DNA of 24,000 bases from Solirubrobacterales bacterium (GTDB lineage Bacteria; Actinomycetota; Thermoleophilia; Solirubrobacterales; 70-9). Location: assembly GCA_009379895.1 (NCBI GenBank), contig WHSW01000006.1:21579-45578 (forward strand), written 5' to 3'. Each line of letters opens with the position of its first letter. Within the stretch, counting starts at the first letter, position 1. This document shows, one piece after another, positions 1-7,285 of the stretch. Under the pieces are notes generated by a model. The model did not search any database, was not told the origin of the DNA, and saw only the letters and a program-made list of their open reading frames with translations. The position numbers were made by a program, and so were the translations under genes.

Positions 1-19
1 CGAAGTCGGTTGGGCTCAT
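1..19 (-). CDS. nuoL: NADH-quinone oxidoreductase subunit L, first 19 nt only (continues left of the window)
   Basis: ATG at 19..17 overlaps the nuoK stop (TGA 18..16) as ATGA, the same coupling used elsewhere in this operon. The nuoK-nuoL gene order is conserved. Only MSPTDF is visible, so identity rests on position alone. Confidence 0.35.
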
Positions 20-315
20 CCGCGCAGCTCCCGGATCTCATCGACGTCGAGCGGCAGGCGGCGGCGGAACATCGCCACGATCAGCCCGAGGCCGACCACG
101 ACCTCGCAGGCGGCGACCACCATGACGACCAGGGCGAAGACCTGGCCCTCCTGGTTGCCGAGCGACCGCGAGAAGGCGACCAGCGCCAGGTTGCCCGCGT
201 TGAGCATCAGCTCCAGGCAGAGCAGGATCACGAGTGGGCTGCGGCGCAGGAGCACGCCGCTGGCGCCGACAGCGAACAGCAGCGCCGAGAGCACCAGGTA
301 CCACTCGATCGCCAT
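16..315 (-). CDS. nuoK: NADH-quinone oxidoreductase subunit K
   Basis: 99-aa three-helix membrane protein ([14 protein letters not shown]...[15 protein letters not shown]...[15 protein letters not shown]) typical of NuoK/ND4L. The ATG at 315 overlaps the nuoJ stop (TAATG). Confidence 0.93.
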   Translation of the reverse strand: MAIEWYLVLSALLFAVGASGVLLRRSPLVILLCLELMLNAGNLALVAFSRSLGNQEGQVFALVVMVVAACEVVVGLGLIVAMFRRRLPLDVDEIRELRG

Positions 316-941
316 TACCTGGCCACCTCCTCAGCTCCGCTTCCGGGGGTGCCCGGTGGAGCTGGGCTCGGCTGGTCTCGACGGGCGCCGGACCGCTCGC
401 CCGGCTGCCCGGGGCCGCCGGCGCCGCCCGGGCCGGCCTCGCGTCGGCGGCCCGCGAGGACGATGGCGCCGACGGCGGCGATCAGGAGCAGCATCGAGGC
501 GGCCTCGAAGACGACCAGGAAGCGCTCGAGCAGCAGCTCGCCGATCGAGCCCGGCGAGCCGAAGCCGGCCGGAAGGGTCGGCCCGCGCTCGCCGATCGCC
601 TTCAGGCCGGTGCCCAGCACGGCGATCGAGACCTCGATGAAGAGCGCGGCGGCGAGCAGCGGGGCGAGCAGGCGCTGGCCCGGGATCGCCTCCCAGATCG
701 GCTCCTCGGACCCGCCGACGTAGGCGGACACGAACAGGTAGAGGACCATCACGGCGCCGCCGTAGACGACGATCTGCGCGGCGGCGATGAACTCGGCGTA
801 GAGGATCAGGAACAGCCCGGCGAGCGAGATCAGGTGCACGATCAGCGCCAGCACGCTGTAGAAGGGGTTGCGCAGGGCGACCACCGCGAGCGCGCCCCCG
901 AGCGCCCCGATCGCCCCGGCGAAGAACGCGACCTGCTCCAC
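315..941 (-). CDS. nuoJ: NADH-quinone oxidoreductase subunit J, with a Pro/Gly-rich C-terminal tail
   Basis: NuoJ/ND6-like membrane protein ([47 protein letters not shown]). The GTG start at 941 shares one nt with the nuoI TAG. The last ~45 aa are low complexity ([16 protein letters not shown]...[13 protein letters not shown]). Confidence 0.9.
   Translation of the reverse strand: MEQVAFFAGAIGALGGALAVVALRNPFYSVLALIVHLISLAGLFLILYAEFIAAAQIVVYGGAVMVLYLFVSAYVGGSEEPIWEAIPGQRLLAPLLAAALFIEVSIAVLGTGLKAIGERGPTLPAGFGSPGSIGELLLERFLVVFEAASMLLLIAAVGAIVLAGRRREAGPGGAGGPGQPGERSGARRDQPSPAPPGTPGSGAEEVAR
323..357. repeat. Degenerate copy of the nuo intragenic GC-rich repeat (nuoJ 3' end)
   Basis: The + strand reads ccacctcctcagctccgcttccgggggtgcccgg and resembles nuoG copies 3744..3771 and 3783..3810 (cacctcctc / ccgcttc / cgg blocks). 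The encoded peptide [11 protein letters not shown] matches NuoG PGTPGREAEDV. Confidence 0.55.
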
Positions 942-1489
942 TACTCGCCCTCGCGCCGCAGCGGCGTCTGCTCGAGCGACTCGGCGAGCAGCATCTCCTT
1001 GGTGAAGATCAGGTCGCCCCGGTTGTAGTCGGCCATCTCGTACTCGTGGCCCATCGTGATCGCGTCGAACGGGCAGGCGACCTCGCAGTAGCCGCAGAAG
1101 ATGCAGCGGGCGAGGTTGATCTCATAGACCGCGGCGTAGCGCTCGCCGGCCGAGACGCGGTCCACCGGGTCGTTCTCGGCGGCGACCACGCGGATGCAGT
1201 CCGCCGGGCAGGCGGCCGCGCACAGCGAGCAGCCGACGCACTTCTCCAGCCCCGTGTCCTCGAAGCGGTGCAGCTTGTGGCGACCGCGAAAGCGCGGGTA
1301 TACGGGGGTCTTCTCCTCCGGGTACTGAATCGTGATCGGGCCCGCGAAGACCTGCGCCATCGTCGTCTTCAGGCCCCGCAGCGTCTCGCCGAAGGCCCGA
1401 TAGGCGCCCGCGACGCCGCCGGGCTCGGGCCCGCGCTGGACCGCGACGACGTCCTCGGCGTCCTTCAGATACGGAAATTCCTGGCTCAT
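941..1489 (-). CDS. nuoI: NADH-quinone oxidoreductase subunit I (2x[4Fe-4S] ferredoxin-type)
   Basis: Two CxxCxxCxxxCP motifs ([24 protein letters not shown]) and the conserved YPRFRGRH block. ATG 1489 is preceded by CUGGGAGGAGCCG (strong SD). The track ORF start at 1531 is a TTG inside a palindrome and is not preferred. Confidence 0.9.
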   Translation of the reverse strand: MSQEFPYLKDAEDVVAVQRGPEPGGVAGAYRAFGETLRGLKTTMAQVFAGPITIQYPEEKTPVYPRFRGRHKLHRFEDTGLEKCVGCSLCAAACPADCIRVVAAENDPVDRVSAGERYAAVYEINLARCIFCGYCEVACPFDAITMGHEYEMADYNRGDLIFTKEMLLAESLEQTPLRREGE

Positions 1490-1583
1490 CGGCTCCTCCC
1501 AGACCCGACGACACCGGACGAATCCGAGCAAGCTCGGATCACCGCTCGCCTGCGGCTCGCTGGGAGGATGTCGTCGGCTGTGG
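1490..1583 (-). promoter_or_regulatory. Structured nuoH-nuoI intercistronic region with an anti-SD/SD pairing
   Basis: mRNA sense: TGA-ccacag-CCGACGACA-UCCUCCCAG-...-AUCCGAGCUUGCUCGGAU-...-UGUCGUCGG-gu-CUGGGAGGA-gccg-AUG. The 9-nt element at 1560..1568 is an exact complement of the nuoI SD region 1494..1502. A second exact 9-bp pair (1569..1577 with 1505..1513) crosses it. A central 18-nt palindrome lies at 1522..1539. Confidence 0.5.
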
Positions 1584-2585
1584 TCATGTCACCACCACCA
1601 GCACCGCGGTGACCAGCACGTTCAGGGTCGCCAGCGGCAGCAGCATCTTCCATCCCAGCGACATCAGCTGGTCGTAGCGCAGCCGCGGCAGCGTCGCCCG
1701 GACCCAGATGAAGACGAAGATCAGGGCGAGGATCTTGACGATCATCCAGATCGGGTCGAGCCAGCCCGGGCCGGGCCCCATCCAGCCGCCGAGGAAGAAG
1801 GCGGTGGCGATCCCCGAGACGACGAACATCTCCAGGTACTCGGCGAGCAGGAAGGAGCCGAAGCGAGTGCCGCCGTACTCGGTCTGAAAGCCCTGGACCA
1901 GCTCGGCGTCCGCCTCCGGGAGATCGAACGGGGCGCGGTTGGTTTCCGCGAAGCCGGCGACCATGAAGATCAGAAAGCCGACGATCTGCGGGATCACGTA
2001 CCAGATCGTGCCCTGCGCCTCGACGATCGAGACCAGCGACAGCGACCCCGCCATCATGATCGCCCCGAGCAGCGCGAGGCCCATCGAGATCTCGTAGGAG
2101 ATCAGCTGCGCCGCCGAGCGCATCGCCCCCAGGAAGCTGTACTTCGAGCCCGATGCCCAGCCGGAGAGCAGCAGGCCGTAGAAGGCGAGCGAGCCGAAGG
2201 CGAAGAAGTACAGCACCCCGATCGAGACGTCGATGCCGTAGAAGCCGACCCCGTCCTTGACGTTGCCGAAGGGCAGGATGGCGATCGTCGTGATCCCCGA
2301 GAAGATCACCAGCGCGGGCCCGATCGCGTACAGCAGCGGCACCGACGCGCTCGGGTGCAGGACCTGCTTGCCGGCCAGCTTGAGGATGTCGGCGACCGGC
2401 TGCATCAGCCCCACCGGGCCGACGCGGTTCGGGCCGTAGCGGTTCTGAAAGCGCCCGATCAGCTTGCGCTCGACCACGGTCAGCACCGGGACGATCATGA
2501 ACACGACCAGGAAGATGACGATCGACTTGACGACCATGATCCAGGTCGCCTCCGCGAAGCCGACCTCGGCGAGCGGGAGGCTCAC
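1584..2585 (-). CDS. nuoH: NADH-quinone oxidoreductase subunit H
   Basis: 333-aa polytopic protein with the NuoH/ND1 signature ([34 protein letters not shown]...[28 protein letters not shown]). GTG 2585 overlaps the nuoG TGA (GTGA). The upstream part of the 585-aa track ORF is Arg/Gly-rich read-through of nuoG in another frame. Confidence 0.92.
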   Translation of the reverse strand: MSLPLAEVGFAEATWIMVVKSIVIFLVVFMIVPVLTVVERKLIGRFQNRYGPNRVGPVGLMQPVADILKLAGKQVLHPSASVPLLYAIGPALVIFSGITTIAILPFGNVKDGVGFYGIDVSIGVLYFFAFGSLAFYGLLLSGWASGSKYSFLGAMRSAAQLISYEISMGLALLGAIMMAGSLSLVSIVEAQGTIWYVIPQIVGFLIFMVAGFAETNRAPFDLPEADAELVQGFQTEYGGTRFGSFLLAEYLEMFVVSGIATAFFLGGWMGPGPGWLDPIWMIVKILALIFVFIWVRATLPRLRYDQLMSLGWKMLLPLATLNVLVTAVLVVVT

Positions 2586-5149
2586 GACCCGGCCGGCTCC
2601 GCGTCTGACCGGTCGGACCTGCCCGGGGCGCCGGGGGCCGGCGCGATGCGCTCGATCTCGACCGTCTCGGCGCCGGCGAGGGCGTTGGCGTTCTCGGTCG
2701 CGGTGCCCTCGATCATGAACGCGGCCCCGGGCCTGATCCGCTCGTGCAGCGCGACCCGCGCCCGCACCGAGGTGCCGTTCGAGCGCACCTCGACCTGATC
2801 GCCGTCGCCGAGCCCGAGGCGCGCGCCGTCGGCCGGGGCCAGCTCGACCCGCTGCGCGGGCGCGAGGAATCGAATCGCCGGATTGCGCTCGGTCGCCTCG
2901 GCGGCCCACAGGTCGCGGTAGGTGCCGAGCCGCAGGGCACCGCCGCCCGAGCCGTTCTCCGGCCGTCCGGAGTCCGCGGCCGCCGCCCGGCGCTCGCCGC
3001 GCGCCTCGGCGGCGGGCGGACACGCCGCCGCGGCCTGGCGCTCCTGCCAGCGCACTCCCCGGCCGCCGATCTCGTCGGCGGTGACGCCGGCGTAGAAGGG
3101 GACCTCGGCGGCGATCGCCTCGAGCGCCTCGGAGGCGGAGTCGATCCCGGTCTCGTGGTCGAGCCGGGCCGAGAGCTCGGTCAACGCCTGCCAGACCGGG
3201 CGTACGTCGCCGGGGCGCGGCACGGACGGGCGCAGGCGCTGCAGGCGCCCGTCCGGGTGGGTGAGCGTGCCCTCCTTCTCGGCGTACATCTCGGCGGGCA
3301 GGACGATGTCGGCGGCCGCCGTCGACGCGTCCTCGAAGCACGAGATCGCGATCACCGCGCGGGCCTGGCGCAGCGCCTGCGCCCAGGCGGGCCCGTCGGG
3401 CAGGTCGCGCACCGGGTCCGCCTGCACCAAGATCAGCGCGTCGACGTCGCCGGCACGCAGGCCGTCGCGGATCTCGGCGAGATCGCGCCCCGCGGCCGCC
3501 TCCTCGAAGCCGGGCCCGGCGCCCGACAGGCAGCCCACCTCGCGCAGCCCGCGGCCGTTGGCGCCGTCGGGGACGCCGATCAGCCCGGCCCGATCGGCGT
3601 CGCAGCGCAGCGCCCGCGCGCAGCCGGCGAGCGCGTGCAGCGCGGCCTCGCCGCCGGTCCCGCGCCCGACCCGCTCGCCGTAGACGATCACGGTGGCGCC
3701 CGGCCGCAACTCCCCGGCGATGCTCTCGGCGCCGGAATCACCACCCGGCACCTCCTCCGCTTCGCGTCCGGCAGAACCAATGCCCGGCACGTCCTCCGCT
3801 TCGCGTCCGGGCGTGCCGGGGTTGGCGGGGGGGCGGGTGAGCTGGCGCTCCAGCGCCTCGAGGAGCTCGGCGGCCTCGCCTGGCTCGTAGCGGGCGGTCA
3901 CCTCGGCGCCGCCGTCGAGCGCGGTCGGGCGGTCGGAGGCGACCACCAGGCGGGTGTCGCCGTGGCGCACGGCCTTGCGCAGCCGCAGGTCGAGGACCGG
4001 CATCGCGTGCAGCGGGTCGACGCCGACGACGAGGATCGAGTCGGCGTGGTCGATGTCGGCGACCGCGGCGCCGAGCTCAGGCGCCGAGAGCGCGTGCAGC
4101 GGGGCGGGGGACAGCTCGTCGACGGCGCCGACGTGCGGCGAGCCGAGCGCCCGGCGCGCGATGCGCTGCGCCAGGTAGCCCTCCTCGTTCGATGCCTGGC
4201 CGCCGACGATCACCGCGGTCCGCTCGCCGGCGGCGCGCAGCCGCTCGGCGGCGGCGTCGAGCGCCGCCTCCCAGCCGACCTTGGCGCCGCTCACCGTGGG
4301 CTCGGTGATCCGCTCGCCGGAGGCGATCATCTGGAAGCCGAAGCGCCCCTTGTCGCAGAGCCAGCCGTTGTCGACGTCGTCGTTGTCGCGGGGGAACACG
4401 CGCTGGACGCGCTCGTCGCGGACCGTGAACATGACGTTGCACTGGCTCGGGCACAGCGTGCAGATCGAGCCCGAGTCCTCGATGTCCCACGGCCTGGCGC
4501 GGAAGCGATAGGCCTCCGAGGTCAGGGCGCCGACCGGGCAGAGGTCGATGATGTTGCCGGCGAAGGGGGCGATGTAGGGGCGCTCGTCGAAGGTGCCCAC
4601 AAAGCTCTGCGCGCCGCGCTCGAGCAGCTGCAGTTGCTCGTCCTCGGCCACGTCCTGGGAGAAGCGCACGCAGCGGTAGCACATGATGCAGCGCTCGCGG
4701 TCGATCCGCACCAGGGGCGAGAGCGCGACCGGCTTCTGAAAGTGGCGCTTGGGCTCTGAGAACCGGCTGCGCCCCGGCCCCCAGCCCATCGAGATGTCCT
4801 GCAGCGGGCACTCGCCTCCCTTGTCGCAGACCGGGCAGTCGAGCGGATGGTTGACGAGCAGGAACTCGACGATCGCGTTCTGCGACTCGATCACGCGGTC
4901 GGTGCGCGTGTAGACGACCATCCCGTCGCGGACCGCAGTCGAGCAGCCGGTCTGCAGCTTCGGGATCCCCTCGATCTCGACCAGGCACATCCGGCAGGCG
5001 CCGACCGGGCCGCCCAGCTTCGGCTCGTAGCAGAAGACCGGGATCTCGATGTCGCCGCCCTTCGCGGCGTCGACCAGCATCGCCCCCTCCTCGGCCTCGA
5101 CCTCGATCCCGTCGATCACGAGCGTGATCTGGGGCTTCTCCGCGCTCAT
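2582..5149 (-). CDS. nuoG: NADH-quinone oxidoreductase subunit G (75-kDa Fe-S subunit)
   Basis: N-terminal 2Fe-2S and 4Fe-4S motifs (CYEPKLGGPVGACRMCLVE, HPLDCPVCDKGGECPLQD, CIMCYRCVRF, CPVGAL, CTLCPSQC), followed by a molybdopterin-oxidoreductase-like domain. ATG 5149 overlaps the nuoF TGA (ATGA). Predicted length is 855 aa, including a repeat-derived insertion. Confidence 0.92.
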   Translation of the reverse strand: MSAEKPQITLVIDGIEVEAEEGAMLVDAAKGGDIEIPVFCYEPKLGGPVGACRMCLVEIEGIPKLQTGCSTAVRDGMVVYTRTDRVIESQNAIVEFLLVNHPLDCPVCDKGGECPLQDISMGWGPGRSRFSEPKRHFQKPVALSPLVRIDRERCIMCYRCVRFSQDVAEDEQLQLLERGAQSFVGTFDERPYIAPFAGNIIDLCPVGALTSEAYRFRARPWDIEDSGSICTLCPSQCNVMFTVRDERVQRVFPRDNDDVDNGWLCDKGRFGFQMIASGERITEPTVSGAKVGWEAALDAAAERLRAAGERTAVIVGGQASNEEGYLAQRIARRALGSPHVGAVDELSPAPLHALSAPELGAAVADIDHADSILVVGVDPLHAMPVLDLRLRKAVRHGDTRLVVASDRPTALDGGAEVTARYEPGEAAELLEALERQLTRPPANPGTPGREAEDVPGIGSAGREAEEVPGGDSGAESIAGELRPGATVIVYGERVGRGTGGEAALHALAGCARALRCDADRAGLIGVPDGANGRGLREVGCLSGAGPGFEEAAAGRDLAEIRDGLRAGDVDALILVQADPVRDLPDGPAWAQALRQARAVIAISCFEDASTAAADIVLPAEMYAEKEGTLTHPDGRLQRLRPSVPRPGDVRPVWQALTELSARLDHETGIDSASEALEAIAAEVPFYAGVTADEIGGRGVRWQERQAAAACPPAAEARGERRAAAADSGRPENGSGGGALRLGTYRDLWAAEATERNPAIRFLAPAQRVELAPADGARLGLGDGDQVEVRSNGTSVRARVALHERIRPGAAFMIEGTATENANALAGAETVEIERIAPAPGAPGRSDRSDAEPAGS
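3744..3810. repeat. Tandem 39-nt-period in-frame duplication inside nuoG (two 28-nt copies)
   Basis: cccggcacCtcctccgcttcgcgtccgg (3744..3771) and cccggcacGtcctccgcttcgcgtccgg (3783..3810) are 27/28 identical with a 39-nt period (13 codons). They encode GREAEDVPGIGSA-GREAEEVPGGDSG. Confidence 0.9.
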
Positions 5150-6522
5150 ACGGCCTCCACCTCCGCGGTCAGCGGGCTGTCGAACCCCGAGTGGTCCAGT
5201 TCCCCCGGCCTGCCACCGCCCGCCGCCCCCGGACGCGAAGCGGAGGAGGCGGCGGCCCGGATCTCCTCCTCGAACTCGGCGCGGAACTTGCTCACCATCG
5301 AGCCGACCGGCATCGCCATCGAGTCGCCCAGCACGCACAGGCAGTGGCCGATGATCTTCTCCTGCACCGAGGCGATGATGTCGAGGTCCATCGGCGTCGC
5401 CTCGCCGCGCGTCACCCGCTCGAGCATCTTCGCGGTCCAGTTGGTGCCCTCCCGGCACGGGGTGCACTTGCCGCACGACTCGTGGTGGTAGAAGCGCGCC
5501 GTTCGCAGCGCCAGCTTCGGGATCGAGACCGTGTCGTCGGCGATGATGATCGAGCCCGAGCCGAGCATCGAGCCGGCCTCGGCCATCGCCTCGAAGGAGT
5601 AGGGGAGGTCGAGCTCGGCCTCGGTCAGCACCGGCGCCGAGGAGCCGCCCGGAAACCAGGCCTTGACCCGCCGCCCCTTCGCGGGCCCGCCGGCGAGGTC
5701 GAAGATGATCTCTCGGGACGGGACCCCGAGCTCGACCTCGTAGTTGCCGGGGCGCCGCACGCAGCCCGAGACCGAGACCACCTTGGTCCCCGGCGACTGC
5801 TCGGTGCCGAAGCGCTTGTACCACTCGGCGCCGTTGCGGACGATGTGCGGGACGTTGGAGAGCGTCTCGACGTTGTTGATCAGGGTCGGGCCGCCGTAGA
5901 GGCCCTGGATCGCGGGGAACGGCGGCTTCAGCCGTGGGTTCCCGCGCTTGCCCTCGAGCGAGTCGAGCAGCCCGGTCTCCTCGCCGCAGATGTAGGCGCC
6001 GGCACCGCGGTGGACGACGAGCTCGACCCGGTTGCCGGTGTCGAGCACGTCGGCGCCCAGGTAGCCGGCCTCATAGGCCTCGGCGACGGCGCGGTCGAGC
6101 ACGTCGGCGACCTCCCAGTACTCGCCGCGGATGAAGATGAAGACGTAGGCCGCGCCGACCGCGAGGGCGGCGATCGCGCAGCCCTCGATCAGCTGGTGCG
6201 GGTTCTTCTGCATCAGCTCGCGATCCTTGAACGCGCCCGGCTCGGACTCGTCGGCGTTGCAACAGACGTACTTCTCCATCTCGCCCCGCGGCAGGAACGA
6301 TCCCTTCTTGCCCATCGAGAACCCGGCGCCGCCGCGACCGCGCAGCCCGGAGGCCTCGAGCGCCTCGAGCAGCTCCTGGGACTCGAGATCGTGCACGGCG
6401 CGGGGCAGGGCGCGATAGCCGCCGAGCCGCCGGTAGGTCTCGATCGAGGCCAGGCCGGGCTCGTCGATGTGGCGAAACAGAAGTCGGGTCTCACCCATGC
6501 GGGCCTCGCCCTCGCGAGTCAT
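5146..6522 (-). CDS. nuoF: NADH-quinone oxidoreductase subunit F (NADH/FMN-binding, 4Fe-4S)
   Basis: Motifs GRGGAGFSMGKK, GAGAYICGEETGLLDSLEGKRG and ESCGKCTPCREG. An alternative start at ATG 6498 (MGETRLLF, preceded by GAGGGCGAGG) is at least as plausible as 6522. Either start overlaps the nuoE 3' end. The C-terminal ~45 aa are low complexity. Confidence 0.9.
   Translation of the reverse strand: MTREGEARMGETRLLFRHIDEPGLASIETYRRLGGYRALPRAVHDLESQELLEALEASGLRGRGGAGFSMGKKGSFLPRGEMEKYVCCNADESEPGAFKDRELMQKNPHQLIEGCAIAALAVGAAYVFIFIRGEYWEVADVLDRAVAEAYEAGYLGADVLDTGNRVELVVHRGAGAYICGEETGLLDSLEGKRGNPRLKPPFPAIQGLYGGPTLINNVETLSNVPHIVRNGAEWYKRFGTEQSPGTKVVSVSGCVRRPGNYEVELGVPSREIIFDLAGGPAKGRRVKAWFPGGSSAPVLTEAELDLPYSFEAMAEAGSMLGSGSIIIADDTVSIPKLALRTARFYHHESCGKCTPCREGTNWTAKMLERVTRGEATPMDLDIIASVQEKIIGHCLCVLGDSMAMPVGSMVSKFRAEFEEEIRAAASSASRPGAAGGGRPGELDHSGFDSPLTAEVEAV
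5229..5249. repeat. Inverted copy of the nuo intragenic repeat (nuoF 3' end)
   Basis: ccggacgcgaagcggaggagg is the exact reverse complement of 3751..3771 within nuoG (21/21). Here it is translated as AASSASRPG. Confidence 0.9.
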
Positions 6523-7282
6523 CGCCCGTCGGGCCGTCCGCCCGCGGCCCGTGCCCGGCGGGGTTCGCGCTCGCCTCCGCCTCCGCGACCCGCGGGTCGG
6601 GATCCGGCTCCGGGCCGCCGGCCGCCGGCCGCCGGGAGAGCGCCTTCTCGGGCACCGGCTGCTCCCCGGCGCGCAGCGCCTCGATCGCGGCGACCGCGTC
6701 GGCGGCGTCGAGCGGGCCGTAGTAGCGATCGTCGATCGAGGCCATCGGGGCGAGGTCGCAGGCGCCGAGGCACTCGAATCCCTGGATGAAGAACTCGCCG
6801 TCGGCGGAGCTGGCGCCGTGGTCGCCGGCCTCGTCGGGGTTGGCGCCCGCGGCCGCGCACAGCTCGCGCAGGAGCTCGTCGCCGCCGTTCATCCAGCATG
6901 AGATGTTGTGGCAGACGAGCACCCGATGAAGGCCCACCGGGGCGGTGTGGTAGAGGTCGTAGAAGGTCGCCAGCGCCTCGAGGTAGGCGGGCGTGACGCC
7001 CATCACCGCGGCGGCCTGGCGGATCCCCTGCGGCGAGCACCAGCCGTAGTGGCGCTGAACCGCCCACAGCGCCGGCAGCGAGGCCGAGCGGATCTGCGGG
7101 TAGCGGCCCATCGCCTCCTCGATCAGCTCGCGCAGCTCGTCGGGCACCCCGACCTCGTGCAGCTCGGGAACGCCGGCGGCGTCCTCGGGCCGCATCGTGG
7201 CGATCAGCTCGCGCCGCTCGGCGGCAGAGAGCTCGTCGGTCGGATGCGTCAGGTGCGCGGGCTGTCGGAGATCGCCACTCAT
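6491..7282 (-). CDS. nuoE: NADH-quinone oxidoreductase subunit E (2Fe-2S)
   Basis: Conserved blocks SASLPALWAVQRHYGW, VCHNISCWMNGGDELL and ECLGACDLAPM. The start lies 3 nt after the nuoD stop. It has a Pro/Asp/Gly-rich C-terminal tail. Confidence 0.9.
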   Translation of the reverse strand: MSGDLRQPAHLTHPTDELSAAERRELIATMRPEDAAGVPELHEVGVPDELRELIEEAMGRYPQIRSASLPALWAVQRHYGWCSPQGIRQAAAVMGVTPAYLEALATFYDLYHTAPVGLHRVLVCHNISCWMNGGDELLRELCAAAGANPDEAGDHGASSADGEFFIQGFECLGACDLAPMASIDDRYYGPLDAADAVAAIEALRAGEQPVPEKALSRRPAAGGPEPDPDPRVAEAEASANPAGHGPRADGPTGDDSRGRGPHG

Positions 7283-7285
7283 CGT

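Noticed and set aside
2586-3341. 5' extensions of track ORFs beyond the conserved protein starts: nuoH to 3341, nuoG to 5824, nuoD to 9226, nuoB to 10196, and the yihY-like ORF to 21022.
   Set aside because: The extended parts are Arg/Gly-rich nonsense that overlaps the upstream gene in a different frame. Proper starts coincide with GTGA, ATGA or TTGA stop-start overlaps and with the beginning of family-conserved sequence.
3827-3833. G7 homopolymer inside nuoG as a possible phase-variation tract.
   Set aside because: Seven residues is short for slipped-strand switching. The tract encodes Pro-Pro within a Pro-rich linker of an essential gene. There is no supporting evidence.
2744-4759. 671-aa + strand ORF antisense to nuoG. 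The same class includes 5191..6789 (+), 6908..8746 (+), 11884..14430 (+), 19972..21081 (+), 21890..22837 (+), 6519..8309 (-), 14923..16146 (-), 16091..18508 (-) and 18159..19514 (-).
   Set aside because: Their composition is dominated by Arg, Ala, Gly, Pro and Asp with no recognisable motifs. Each is fully overlapped by an ORF in another frame or strand that has clear family signatures. Long stop-free antisense or out-of-frame ORFs are expected at this GC content.
6570-6600. Possible additional degenerate copies of the nuo repeat in the nuoE tail (gcctccgcctccgcgacccgcgg), the nuoG tail (2590..2615) and the cytochrome c tail (14890..14911, which shares cgcctccgcctccg with the nuoE tail).
   Set aside because: The similarity is limited to simple GCC/TCC-type low complexity and needs indels to align. 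It cannot be separated from compositional bias without statistics on the whole genome.
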